Below, piece by piece: positions 41,401 through 53,400 of a stretch of 64,000 bases of DNA. The stretch spans positions 8,246,001 to 8,310,000 of the forward strand of contig NC_090361.1 of the NCBI RefSeq assembly GCF_035084215.1. The letters are read 5' to 3'. Each line of letters begins with the position of its first letter. Position 1 is the first letter of the stretch. The notes under the pieces were generated by a model. It ran no database searches. It worked only from the letters and a program-made list of their open reading frames with translations, and had not been told where the DNA came from. The DNA comes from Heptranchias perlo (Eukaryota). The position numbers and the translations under genes are program-made.

Positions 41401-44400
41401 AGTACTAAGTACTGACACCACTGTATCAGCCAATGAGTTGGAGGCAGGGCCGGACTTGCAAGAGGACTCACAGCAAAGCTGTATGAACTACAGCAAACAG
41501 AACTCAACCGAAACTACAGCAACGTTTCCTGATAAAAGCAGGGTTATTTCTCCAGCAAAATGCAGTGAGTGGAGGATAGTTACATAATACAAATTATGCA
41601 CATAGAATCAATCCCAGTCACTTACAGCAGTGCGGTCTCCAGGCATGATTGAGGGGGGAATTACCCAATCATCTCCATTCTGGCCAGGAATAGAGCTGTC
41701 ACTATATGCAAGCAAGAAAAATAGCCACTTGGGTGATATATTGACGTGTGCCTGTGGAACCATACCCCATCCCTCATGAAGGGAAGAGGAGAAGAAAACT
41801 AGGGGGGCAAAGAGGGGGGAAAACTTTGACCAATCACATTTTGCAGGTCTAACTTTTCTGGAGGTATACAACAGTCCAATATCATGCTCCCCATTACTTA
41901 ATGCATAACTATCATTAATGGAGTTTTCTTAGTCACATTCATTTGATAAACCCATCAAAAATATCGTAACCAAAATGGGAGATATTACCATCCCACGCTT
42001 TCTTATGAATTTGTTTTGCTGCCTGTTCAGGCTTCTCTGCAGCTTCCTTTACTGCTTTCAGTGATTCAACCCGTTCTTCCCAGGTACCCTTGTTCTTCTG
42101 TAGCTCTGCAAGCTTTAGCTGCGGAAACACAAGAAATCAAGCACACTTACATTTTTGTAATGTGCACATTATATTTTTATTTGGTGAGTTTTGTTTCACC
42201 AAAGTCAAGTGATGTCACTGCTCGGCAATGGAACAAGTACCCACTTTTGGCAATCGTGAGTCGGTGTTAATGCCACACCCACGCAGGTACAGCAGGGACA
42301 GCAATGCTCCTTTGACTTTGCTTTTATAATGTGCCCTACACCTTTTTGAAGACATGTTAAGGTGATTGCAAAAGATCCCAAATCACGATCTGAAGAGGAG
42401 CAGGGAGCTCTCCTGGTGCCCAGGCCAACATTCATCCTTCATTCAACATCACCAAACCAGATTAACTGGTTATTACCTCATTGCTGTGTATGAGATCTTG
42501 CTGTGCACAAAGTGGCTGTTGTATTTGCCCACATAAGTGACTGCACTTCAGAAGTAATTCGGTAGCCGTGAGGCACTTGGAATATCCGAAGGATGAGAGA
42601 TTCACTATATAAATGCAAGTATTTTTTTAATGCCACATCAAGCCAGGATCAAGGACATTATCTCCCTCCCTCCATGAAGCTCATTATTTGGATTACATAT
42701 CACCGTCTAAGAAAAGTCATGGCTGAAAAAAGGCCATATAGCCCATCAACCCTTAGAAAAATGGCAAAGATAATTCTTTCTCTGATACAGTATAACTTTG
42801 AATGAAGAAAGACCAGTTGAATGAGGCACCTGAGAGCTGCCAACACCCATTGTGAGTTATCATCCTCAGGAGTTAAGTGGGAGAAGAAAATTTAAAAATG
42901 AAAATCCACAGGAAAGCTTCCTCAACTCACCTATACACTGGAGTTGGGGAGGGAAGAGGAAGAAAGCAAAGCACTATTAAAATCTTTCTAAACTGCAATC
43001 ACACACACATGCCTCGAGAAAGGTTATAATGATTTATGACTATTTCCAGTGAGTCAAAAGTGCTTATGAGGGATATTATTTTGAATATGAAAGCAAACTT
43101 GGCATGCACACGTGCAGCCTTCTTTTAAAATTGTGCAGTTGCAAATTGGACATTTACTGTGCTCAGAGCTGGTTATTTAATTAAGAACTCAACAACTTGG
43201 TAGTACTTCAACACCCACTTGCCTCTCAAGGCCCAAAAGGTCAAAGATTTCTCCACTCACTTATAAAGAACTTTAATGCAGAATAAGAGCAAACCTGTTT
43301 ATCTTCTCTGCTTTTCTTTGCTTCTTCGATGAGCTGCTGTTTCAGTTTAAATCCTTCTTTTGCAACTTCTGCCATTTTCTGCAAAGTTTCTTTCTCTTTG
43401 CGTCCTTGTTCCCTGTTTTGTTCAAAAAAGGGCACAAAAATTACTTCAGCTCCTGGGACACATAGGCCAGCAATCTAACTGCTTTGATTACAATGCTCAG
43501 AGACAGGCCATAAGAAAGTTACTGAGTTAACATACCTAAAGGGCAGTAGTTCAACTTCTCTAAAATTTGACTGGAGTTTCTATCAGTTTCTATAGTGATG
43601 CCCCTATTGGTTCCATGAGTTTTCCGATGGTCTCCAGAGACTTGAGCACAAAAGTCTAGGCCGACACTCCAGTGTAGTTCTGAGGGAGCGTTGCAATGTT
43701 GGAGGTACAATCTTTCAGGAGAGATGGTCTGCATTTAGTTAATCTCAGCCAAGGGAACAGCAGGGGTGCTATAATTGACTGCAATGTCACTGAGTTAGGG
43801 TGGAGAGAAAACAGACAGCCAGGTCCCTATTCAGCAAGCCATTAGGCATACACAAGGGCAGAATTAAGCACAGCTGTGATGTTCATCACAGTTGAATAGC
43901 CTACCAACACTCATCGTCAAGACCCAAAAAGTATTAGCCCAAGGGTATGGTACCCAAGATGCCTGGCGTGCAGGGAACTGTGCTCCAAACGAGGAATCAA
44001 CACCTTCAGGAAAGGAGGGGACAAAACTGGCAGAAAAGTACAAACATGTGAACAGGGAACAGCTTAACATTCAAATTACTGACTCTCTCCAGTGGGCATG
44101 TTGGTGTGTTACCTGTGCAAATGAGCATATCAGATATTATGCCAGAAATTAAAGAGACTATGGAAAGTCAGCTAATTTAAAAAGGAAGGAAGATCAGGTT
44201 AGGTTTGTTCAAAATTGGTAAAAGGGGAGTGGGGAGAAATACCGGGAGCGAGTGCCCTTTGTTGAAAGCACTCCTTTTTATATTGAAAAAAAGAAATATG
44301 CTTTGAAAAATCATGTTTGGGTTTTGTTTATAAATTGACAATGTTCTGACCTCCACAGAGACTCGCCAGGTCAGGACATGCCAAGCCACTCCGTCCCATC

Positions 44401-47400
44401 ACCATGAGGCCCAAGAGCCAGTCTGAAGTCAAGGACTTCTTTGCAATTATTGGGCTAATCCAGGATACTCCCCATCAGTGATATCATACAGCGGCCAGCA
44501 GACTGGGGTGTCTCCTTCTCTGATGGAAACATAATTTCTGTTGGAGCTTCCTGTGCCAGAGTAAAATCTAAAGCACCTCCCAAAATAAGCCTAAATTTAA
44601 ATAACGACGTTTTTCAGAAGCCTTCAGTTCTCTTTAGCATATTATCACGTGCACAAAATTTAAGTGTTGCAGTGGTGGGAACCGACAACGGCCAGCATTT
44701 GCAGAGATGCAGCAACTAGTGGGAGGGGCAAGGGGAAAAAAAAAATCAGTTAGGAGTTTATACAGGTAGGCGTCTGAATCATCAGCAGGGAACCTGGTCT
44801 TGAGGCCACTCTTATTTGTACCAGCTGAAAATTTACAGTTTGGCTGATTTATCATGACAATGGAAAGTGCCTTTTGTCCAATGTTGTGCCTAACTTGACC
44901 TCCATTTGCTACGATAAATGCAGCATTCGGATAGTCCATCATAAAATGTGTCTCTTATGCAGTTACTGACAGTGACAGATCAACATGGTCTACTTACTTG
45001 CAGGCATTTTCACATACAGCACCACTGTTGTACTCATCTGTAGTATCACAGCAATCTACAATGATGACAAGAAAGGAACACTGTACTTATGCATTAAGAA
45101 TAGTGTTCTAAACAAAACAATGATTAGGAGCGCTCAGCAACTATGGGAATTTAAGTCAAGTCATCCACAATTTACTAGTGAAGATGCATCAAATACAATA
45201 AAGCCTCATAAGCCTGGTGGCAATTTTTCCAGTTCTGAAAAGGGTTGTTCATACATTAAGATCAGGTATGGCCCAAATCCACATTCCACTCATGGCTCAG
45301 CTCTCAGCTGGGTAACACGGTGAGTTACTGAGCCACACAAACCAGTAAAATCTATAGCTTCGGACAAAAGCGCAATTCCAGGAGAAGTTAACTCGACCCT
45401 AATGGTAAATTTGTTTGGCTATGCCACAAGTAGAAATAGATACCACCGCCTGTAATTGGGATGGGGAAGCAGGAAGCAGTGCCCAGTAGCTGGCTCGGAG
45501 GAGATCGCCTGTGAGGGAATTCGAAAGGAAGAACAGAGGCAAACAATGAAGTTTAAAATGGAACGGCAAGTGGGCAGAAATAAATCTACACAAGCGGTAG
45601 CAACCTAACTTGGCACTAGATGTGTGAACATCTGGTCATTTAATCAAATAGTTTTGATCTGAATAATGAGAAGCCAAAACATTAATAAATTAGTTATCTC
45701 AATATTAAAAGGGGTAGTTTGTCACAGTTCAGTCAAGCTGTGGCAGCGTTTAGCTTTTTCAATGTTAAAGCGGGCATCACCCTGCTATCACTCAGCTCCA
45801 CCGACAGCCTGAATGCAGCTACACTCAGGGTTTTTGCAGCTGATAGCTCAACTTGGCATTACTGTATTAGTACACTTCAATGGACTACAGTTCCCCTTAT
45901 TTAGAAGAAACTACGAGCTACCAGTTTCACCTTTCGGCCATCTATTATGATTTCCATTGTACAGTACTATAGAATACATTTAAACTGTATATGTGACCAA
46001 TATCGCGACCGGGTAATTGGTATCTCACATGTGGAGTATGGAATTTGTTTTCTCATCCTCCTTCCTTGAAAATGTTAACCCTGACTGGTGAAAGGTTGGT
46101 CAGGTACCAACAGCACTGAAAAGCAATCAGGAGTGGGAATGCTTAGTTGCTTTCCACTCTAGGAACACTGATTCCAACTGCAGTGCCCAACTACTGGCTT
46201 GGCAGAGATTAGCTAACTCTGGGCAGTTAAGAAAAAAAAACGAGGGCCTTACTATCTGCACGGCTTAGTGCCACACCAGGTGGTACTCTGCCCACTAGAG
46301 GCCAGAGGCTTTATGGATAGCAACCTGACTTGAACCACTTTCTTCAAAGCTAAAAAAACAAAATTCAAACAGCCACTCAGCAGCAAGAACCATCTACAAC
46401 CATACCAACTGGCACCCGACTGCCGCTAATCTGAGCGAATCATCACAGCTAGCACAATGAAAGAATGATTGTCTACATCCCACGTCACAGAAGAACTTGG
46501 ATCTCACTAGGATTTTAGTAAAGCATAATGGTTGGTGTGTGAAATTTTCTATTTGACCTGAAAACATCCAGTAATAATTATAGATTTTATCCTCCTGAAC
46601 ATGAGTTGTGTCTTTGCCTGAGCATTTTGAATGACAATACATTAGAGTGAAGCATGGATGGTGTTGTTAGTGGAAACAGCTTACAAAGAATTACAAAAAA
46701 CATATTGGTATACCATCAAAACATATTAGCTTAAGTTACTCTTTTCTTATATTTCTTATATTGGTAACTAAATAAATCCAGACAAGGAAGGAGAAAAGTC
46801 ACTGCACCAAACGAACATTTATTCTGATCCTCAACAAAATATCTTGACAGAGGTACATACTTTGTACACATAAACCACGATGCAGTTAACATCCTTTTCA
46901 ATGACAAGAGTGGAAATCTATGTAACTCAATTATCCTCCATTATTATTGCTTTATGTATATCAGCACCAGCATGAAATGATGAATTGCAATCGAGGGGTT
47001 TGATTATGCTGTGACAAAACAGCAGTTTTATAGTTACCAAAGCTCTCTGGGTAATGTCTCAGCCTTGCAACATACTCCTACACTACTTAAAATGGACAGA
47101 AACAGTCTTGTGTGGTTCCATTGATGGTAAACTTTGAGCTATCACTGCTAAGGTTTTGCCATGCAACTTTGCATCATGGAAAATAAGGCATGTGCCGTTT
47201 AAGTGAAAACCTGATAATCCTAATAGTCCAAGTGGAGAGCAAACCATAACAGTAAAGTCAAAAAGCATGAACTATTAATTCTCAAATGGCAACAGCTGGT
47301 CCAATAACAAAATTGCGGGTATTGGCAATGTGAGCTATGAAATCACATTTAAAAAATGCTGAAACAAGCAAGATTCATAGATTCCTCCACCCAAAGAGCA

Positions 47401-50400
47401 TGTGATGAAGGGAAACCCAAGTAGGCTGGGCTGGGCCAAGAACATGGGTCTCAAGTGCCTTTGCTGAATAAAGAATAATCACCAATGGTCATACTTTGTT
47501 CGAAACCTTTGGACACATCTGGATCACAGGAATCCACATTCAACTAAACCTAGAATCGCTCCCCACCAATATGGAGTCCCTGTAATTGGTTCATCCTAAG
47601 GTTTGCAGGCTATGATTCTGTTGGTAGTAACCTAAAAGAGGCCAAATTTGCAAAAGACTGTACTGCCAGAACCTAGAAGTGAACATTTTCTTCCCAGACT
47701 GGATCATTTTCTAGGTTGCCTGGAACCAGGCAGGTTGCCCTGGCAGCTGCACTTAGTGCTACAGAAGTTACAATGGAGGGACAGCCTTACTTAAAAAAAG
47801 CATTGGAATAATATAAAAATAAATATTTTGTTTCATTTTATAGATTATATTAAACCCCAGTTAAAAAAATTAAAAGCAGAGCGCCAAATCCTTATTCCAT
47901 ACAGTCAGACTAGCCCATTCGTTAGAGATCAAGTTGCAGCCGATCATATTGTAATACCATTGCACAAGAGCTCTTACCACAAATGCCATCATTCACACGG
48001 GAAGATGGAATGTACCGAGGTCTGTGGCCAGCATTAGTGCAGTGGAAGCTACCATTTGGACAGGCAGATGTTCCTAGCAAAAAAAGATAAAGTCAAACAT
48101 TGCAACAACTTTCACTGTATAGCAAACCTTCCCACAGTGCTGCACAAAGGGAAAGCAGGTAATCAGCACGAGTTAGATATAGTTCCTCTCAGTACAGTAG
48201 TTAGTGGAGGTGACCGAAGGCATGATCAAAGAGATACATTGAGGTTTTTGAAGGTGGCTGCCAGACATAGCGAGGCAAAGGGATTTCAAAAGACACTTCT
48301 AGAGCATAGGGGGTGATGGCGGGATCTGCCACCAATGGCGGGATCTGCCACCAATGGCGGAACAGGGGGGTGGTCGATGCAGAGCAGAGCACAGTCAGAA
48401 AGAAGTGCCAGCTGGGACAGTCCGAAAGAGGTGCATGCTGTGACGTAGGGTAGAAGGTGGCTGATGTCGGTATAGAAAAACTAACTCATCTTCTGTGGCA
48501 TTGCTCATGGGGATAGCCCCGATATTGGGGAACACGGATTCGCGTCAGTGAGATTGACATGTACAGGGAATCAAAGGTTACATGGATAGGACCCCCAAAA
48601 AGCCAGGAGGGGGAAAATATCACATCTGGAGAGATAATAAGAGCAACATTAAAGGGCACAGTTAGCGTGGTAAAGAAAGGCGAGAAGAGGCGGCTCCAGG
48701 AATGGTGCAGAAAGTGTGGCTTGTGGTTGCTGAGACGGGTCTGTGGAAGCAAAAGCTGATAAATATATGCCAACATGTAAAGGGTAACTGTATTGATAAC
48801 TTCTGTATTTGCTTTCAGAAAATTCTTGAACTCTATATGCATTTATTACGTTATATAAATGTTATTTGTAGGAATATATAGTAAGCTGGGGAAGAAAGTA
48901 ATACGACCACTGACAGCTTTACCTACTGGGCCTTTTCTTTTTAAGCAAACCACATGCTCTTTTGAGCTAAACAGAAAAGTGTGACTTGTCTTTTGTGCTT
49001 TTTAGATTGGGAAATCACCCATGTGAGACATGGGGGGGAAAATCACAGATCGATGTTACACGAGCTTGAGTTATAACTAGGAATAAAAATAGATTATGAA
49101 GGATAGTGTGCTAACCTACTCCATCACCCAGTCTCCAGCATACAGCTGTAAAGAAGCACAAGAGGTTGCCCTCCTCCTGACATTTACTTTGTCACATGCA
49201 AATTTAATTTGCATCATTCAGGAGAAATCAGCACTTCTGTCCAGTTCTGTAGTTCCTCAACACTAGAAACATTTGAACGTTTAGTTTTGCACCTTACACT
49301 GGAAATTTTCAGATTAGGATTAATGTTGAAGAAATTAACTAAGCGTTAACGAGTTGAAATAATTTCACCAAAATTTCAGCTAAAATAGTGTATAACTTCT
49401 TGACTTTTGAACTATCACGACAAAATACAATTTGGGGCAACAAGAGGGTACAATATTGAGTGCGAACACACAGCGACACAATGGCTGGAAGCAGATTTGA
49501 TTTTTGAATAGAAACAATCACCAAATTAAGTTGATTAGTTGTGCTTAAGATTCAACGGTCATTTTATAATAGCAATGCCTGGATCTGAGAATAACTTAAG
49601 AGGCAAAGTGGAATAAGCACAGATATATGACTGTAGTTTACCTCTCAATTTGAACTTCCTTAATTCAAAATAAAAGTACTGTTGTAAGCCTCCAAAAGAT
49701 CTACTGCTCTAACCTGGTTCATCCGAGCCATCCTTGCAATCACAGTAGTCATCGTTCACCTCATCAAATGGAATAGTTTTGGAGCCATCTAAACATGTAA
49801 ATGGTTTGGTCTCCTCATAGAAGTGTCGATCTACAAGGAAAGGGATAAGATTTATTGGTATAAATTAGGAATGTACAGATTTTTAAAAAAATATTAATTA
49901 TTTTTAAATTGTGTCTTCCCACCACCACCACCACCACCCGCCCCCTGCATTTTTTTTCACTGTTCTCAGAGCATTGCTATTGGAGGATGGTTCCAACTGG
50001 CATTCTTCGTGCGAGCCAACCAAGTGCCAATACACTAAAAGAAAGAACCTGCGTTTATATCGCGCTTCTCACTCTCAGGATGTCCCAAAGCGCTTAACAG
50101 CCAATTAAATGTGAAGCTCCTTGGGACGTTTTACTACATTAAAGGCGCTATATAAATGCAACTACCTGTTGTAAATACAGTCCCCACCACTTATAACGGG
50201 TGCGTTGGTGTTAATGCAATTTGCCCCCTATAAGCGATTGACGGTTAAACCATAATAGACTGTACTGTACACCAATCTCCAGTTTTACGCCTCATTCCAT
50301 TTCTATCACAACTGAAGCTAGCTAATATTCTCAACAACAGCCATGGAATTCAGCTCAGGGCTGAAATCAAATAATATTCAGGTACTACGCATTAAATGGC

Positions 50401-53400
50401 AGCCTGTGAATTCACGGCCCATCTCAATTGTTACACGGAATTTACAGCACAGAAGCAGGCCATTCGGCCCAACCGATCGGTCTATGCTGGTGTTTATGCT
50501 CCACATGAACCACCTCTCACTCTATTTACTTCTGTAAACAATTTTACAACACCAAGTTATAGTCCAACGATTTTATTTTTAATCCCACAAGCTTTCGGGG
50601 GCTTTCCCCTTCCCCAGGCGGTGTGGAAATGACAATTTCGAATCCTTCGCATTTTAAGATCACATAACAATGCCTGGTGATTACTGCCCGTTGCCAAGGC
50701 AATCACAGTGAGCAGACAGAAAGGTGTCATCTAAAAGGCCACTGAATATACAACCCCCCAAAAAAAAAGGAAGACAGTCAATGACCCGTTATATTAAAAA
50801 CAGATAACATTTGTTTGCTGGTGGGGTAACGTGTAGTGTGACATGAACCCAAGATCCCGGTTGAGGCCGTCCTCATGGGTGCGGAACTTGGCTATCAATT
50901 TCTGCTCGACGATTTTGCGTTGTCGTGTGTCTCGAAGGCCGCCTTGGAGTATGCTTACCCGAAGGTCGGTGGCTGAATGTCCATGACTGCTGAAGTGTTC
51001 CCCGACAGGGAGAGAACCCTCCTGTTTGGCGATTGTTGCGCGGTGTCCGTTCATCCGTTGTCGCAGCGTCTGCATGGTCTCGCCAATGTACCATGCTCTG
51101 GGGCATCCTTTCCTGCAACGTATGAGGTAGACAACGTTGGCCGAGTCACAGGAGTATGAACCGTGCACCTGGTGGGTGGTGTCCTCTCGTGTGATGGTGG
51201 TATCTGTGTCGATGATCTGGCATGTCTTGCAGAGTTTACCGTGGCAGGGTTGTGTGGTGTCGTGGACGCTGTTCTCCTGAAGGCTGGGTAATTTGCTGCG
51301 AACGATGGTTTGTTTGAGGTTGGGTGGCTGTTTAAAGGCGAGTAGTGGAGGTGTGGGGATGGCCATAGCGAGGTGTTCGTCATCATTGATGACATGTTGA
51401 AGGCTGCGGAGAACATGGCGTAGTTTCTCCGCTCCGGGGAAGTACTGGACGACGAAGGATACTCTGTTGGTTGCGTCCCGTGTTCGTCTTCTGAGGAGGT
51501 CTACGCGATTTTTCGCTGTGGCCCGTCGGAACTGTCGATCGATGAGTCGAGCATCATATCCCGTTCTATTTACTTCATCTCACCCTATCAATACATCCTT
51601 CTATTCTTTTCTCCCTAATGTACTTACCTAGCTTCCCCCCAAATGTATTTTGCGCTTCTATCTTTTACCCTCCCCCTTTACTGTTCTATTTTGATGCCTT
51701 TAATGAAGGGAAGCCTTGTTGGAACTTGTTTCCTTCTCTGCTGGAATCCAATTACCAGGACAAAGGGCAGATTTCACAACTGCAGTACTTAAAGGGTATG
51801 CATTCCATTAGCGCTTCACATGCATAAATAGGCAAATATAGGGGATTAACAAGGTGCAAATTTATTGAACAAGCTATTGAACTGTCTGAAATAGCCAACA
51901 CGCTATAAGTGGCACCTTTGTCATTGACTCCTATGGCACTGGCAAACGGTTAGTGCTATTTGTTTAATATAGACGGCTACCTGTGATAAGCGTGGACGGC
52001 ATAAGTGGTGGGGACTATACTTTTGAAGTGTAGTCACTGCTGCAATGTAGGGAAATGTGTGAGCCAATTAACACACAGCAAGGTCCCACAAACAGCAATG
52101 AGATAATGACCAGATAATCAGTTTTACTGATTTAGGTTGCAGGATAAATATTAGCCAGGACATCAGGAGAACTCCCCTGCTCTTCTTCGAATAGTTCCAT
52201 GGGATCTTTTGCATCCATCCGAAGGGGCATTCGGGACCTCGATTTAACGTCTCATCCAAAGGACGGCACCTCCCTCAGTACTGCTGTGAAGTGTCAGTCT
52301 GGATTTTGTGCTCAAGTTTCTGGAATAGGAAATGAACCCATGATCTTCTGACTTAGAGGCGAGAGTGCTATCACTGAACCAGCTCCTAGCCACTCAACTA
52401 CCTTTCCTTGGCCAATGCTTGGTGACATTATCAACTCGTCCCTTTAGTTGGGCACTGCTCCCCCTCCTCCCTTGCAAAACTGCTATCACTTTCCCCTCTG
52501 TAAACAGCCCATCCTCAATTGCCCTGTCCTCTCTACCACCCTATATCTAACCTCTCCATCACTAAGGTCCTCAAACATGTTACTGGCACCCAACGTTAAA
52601 GGTACTAAATAAATGTTATTACAGCTGAGCTTGATCTTGTCTTGCCCAACGTCCAAACACGTACATCTTCCCGCAAGGCTCAGGCAGCTAATCACACTAC
52701 ACAAGGCAAGTGCAAAAATTCCCAGGGCTGTACACATCAACTTCCACTGTTTGCAGCACTCTTGTCTCTGACTCCGAAAGTCACGGATTCAAATCTCAGT
52801 CCGGGGCTTGAGCACATAAACTAGTCCGAGTCGATGTATTACGAGGAAGTGCTGCATTACTAACGGTGTCACTCTTTGGATGTGACATTAAAGCAAGGGC
52901 CCTAATACCTGTTTCCTGTAGTTCTGTTGACGATAAAGATCCCATGGTGCTATGTGAAGCACAGGGAGACCCTCTCCAGCATCTTGGCCAACATTCCTCC
53001 CTTAACAAACGCCAATAACAAAGTGCATTTATGTAGCACCTTTAACACACAAAAATACCCTACAGTGCTTCACAGAGGCACAAGGAAAAAATTAGATGCC
53101 TAGCCAAAGAGATAGATGGGGTGATCAAAAACTTGGCAAAGAGGTGAGTTTTGAAGGAAGAGAAAAGGTGGCAAGGTGAAAGGGAATTCCAGCATATTGA
53201 GCCAACACAACTGAAGACACAGCCACCAACGGAGGGATGAAGAGGGGAGGAGAAATGCACAAGAGGCAGGAGTCAAAGAAACTAAGAGTTTCGGTGGGAA
53301 GGATTGTAGGAGGTTACAGAGGTGAGGAGGGACAAAACCATTAAGGACTTTAAATACAAAGTGAAAACTTTAAACTACAGACATTGGGGCACCGTACCCA

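Larger units (their letters stand above)
50432..51650 (-). mobile_element. CR1 LINE 3' end split by the Penelope insertion
   Basis: tacagcacagaagcaggccattcggcccaac...tctatttacttc | atctcaccctatc continues after 51576. Confidence 0.8.
50178..52017. mobile_element. Tigger/pogo-like (Tc1-mariner) non-autonomous DNA transposon, interrupted by CR1 and Penelope
   Basis: TA-CAGTCCCCACCACTTAT ... ATAAGTGGTGGGGACTA-TA: terminal inverted repeats with TA duplication. Subterminal ATAAGCG motifs. Confidence 0.8.
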
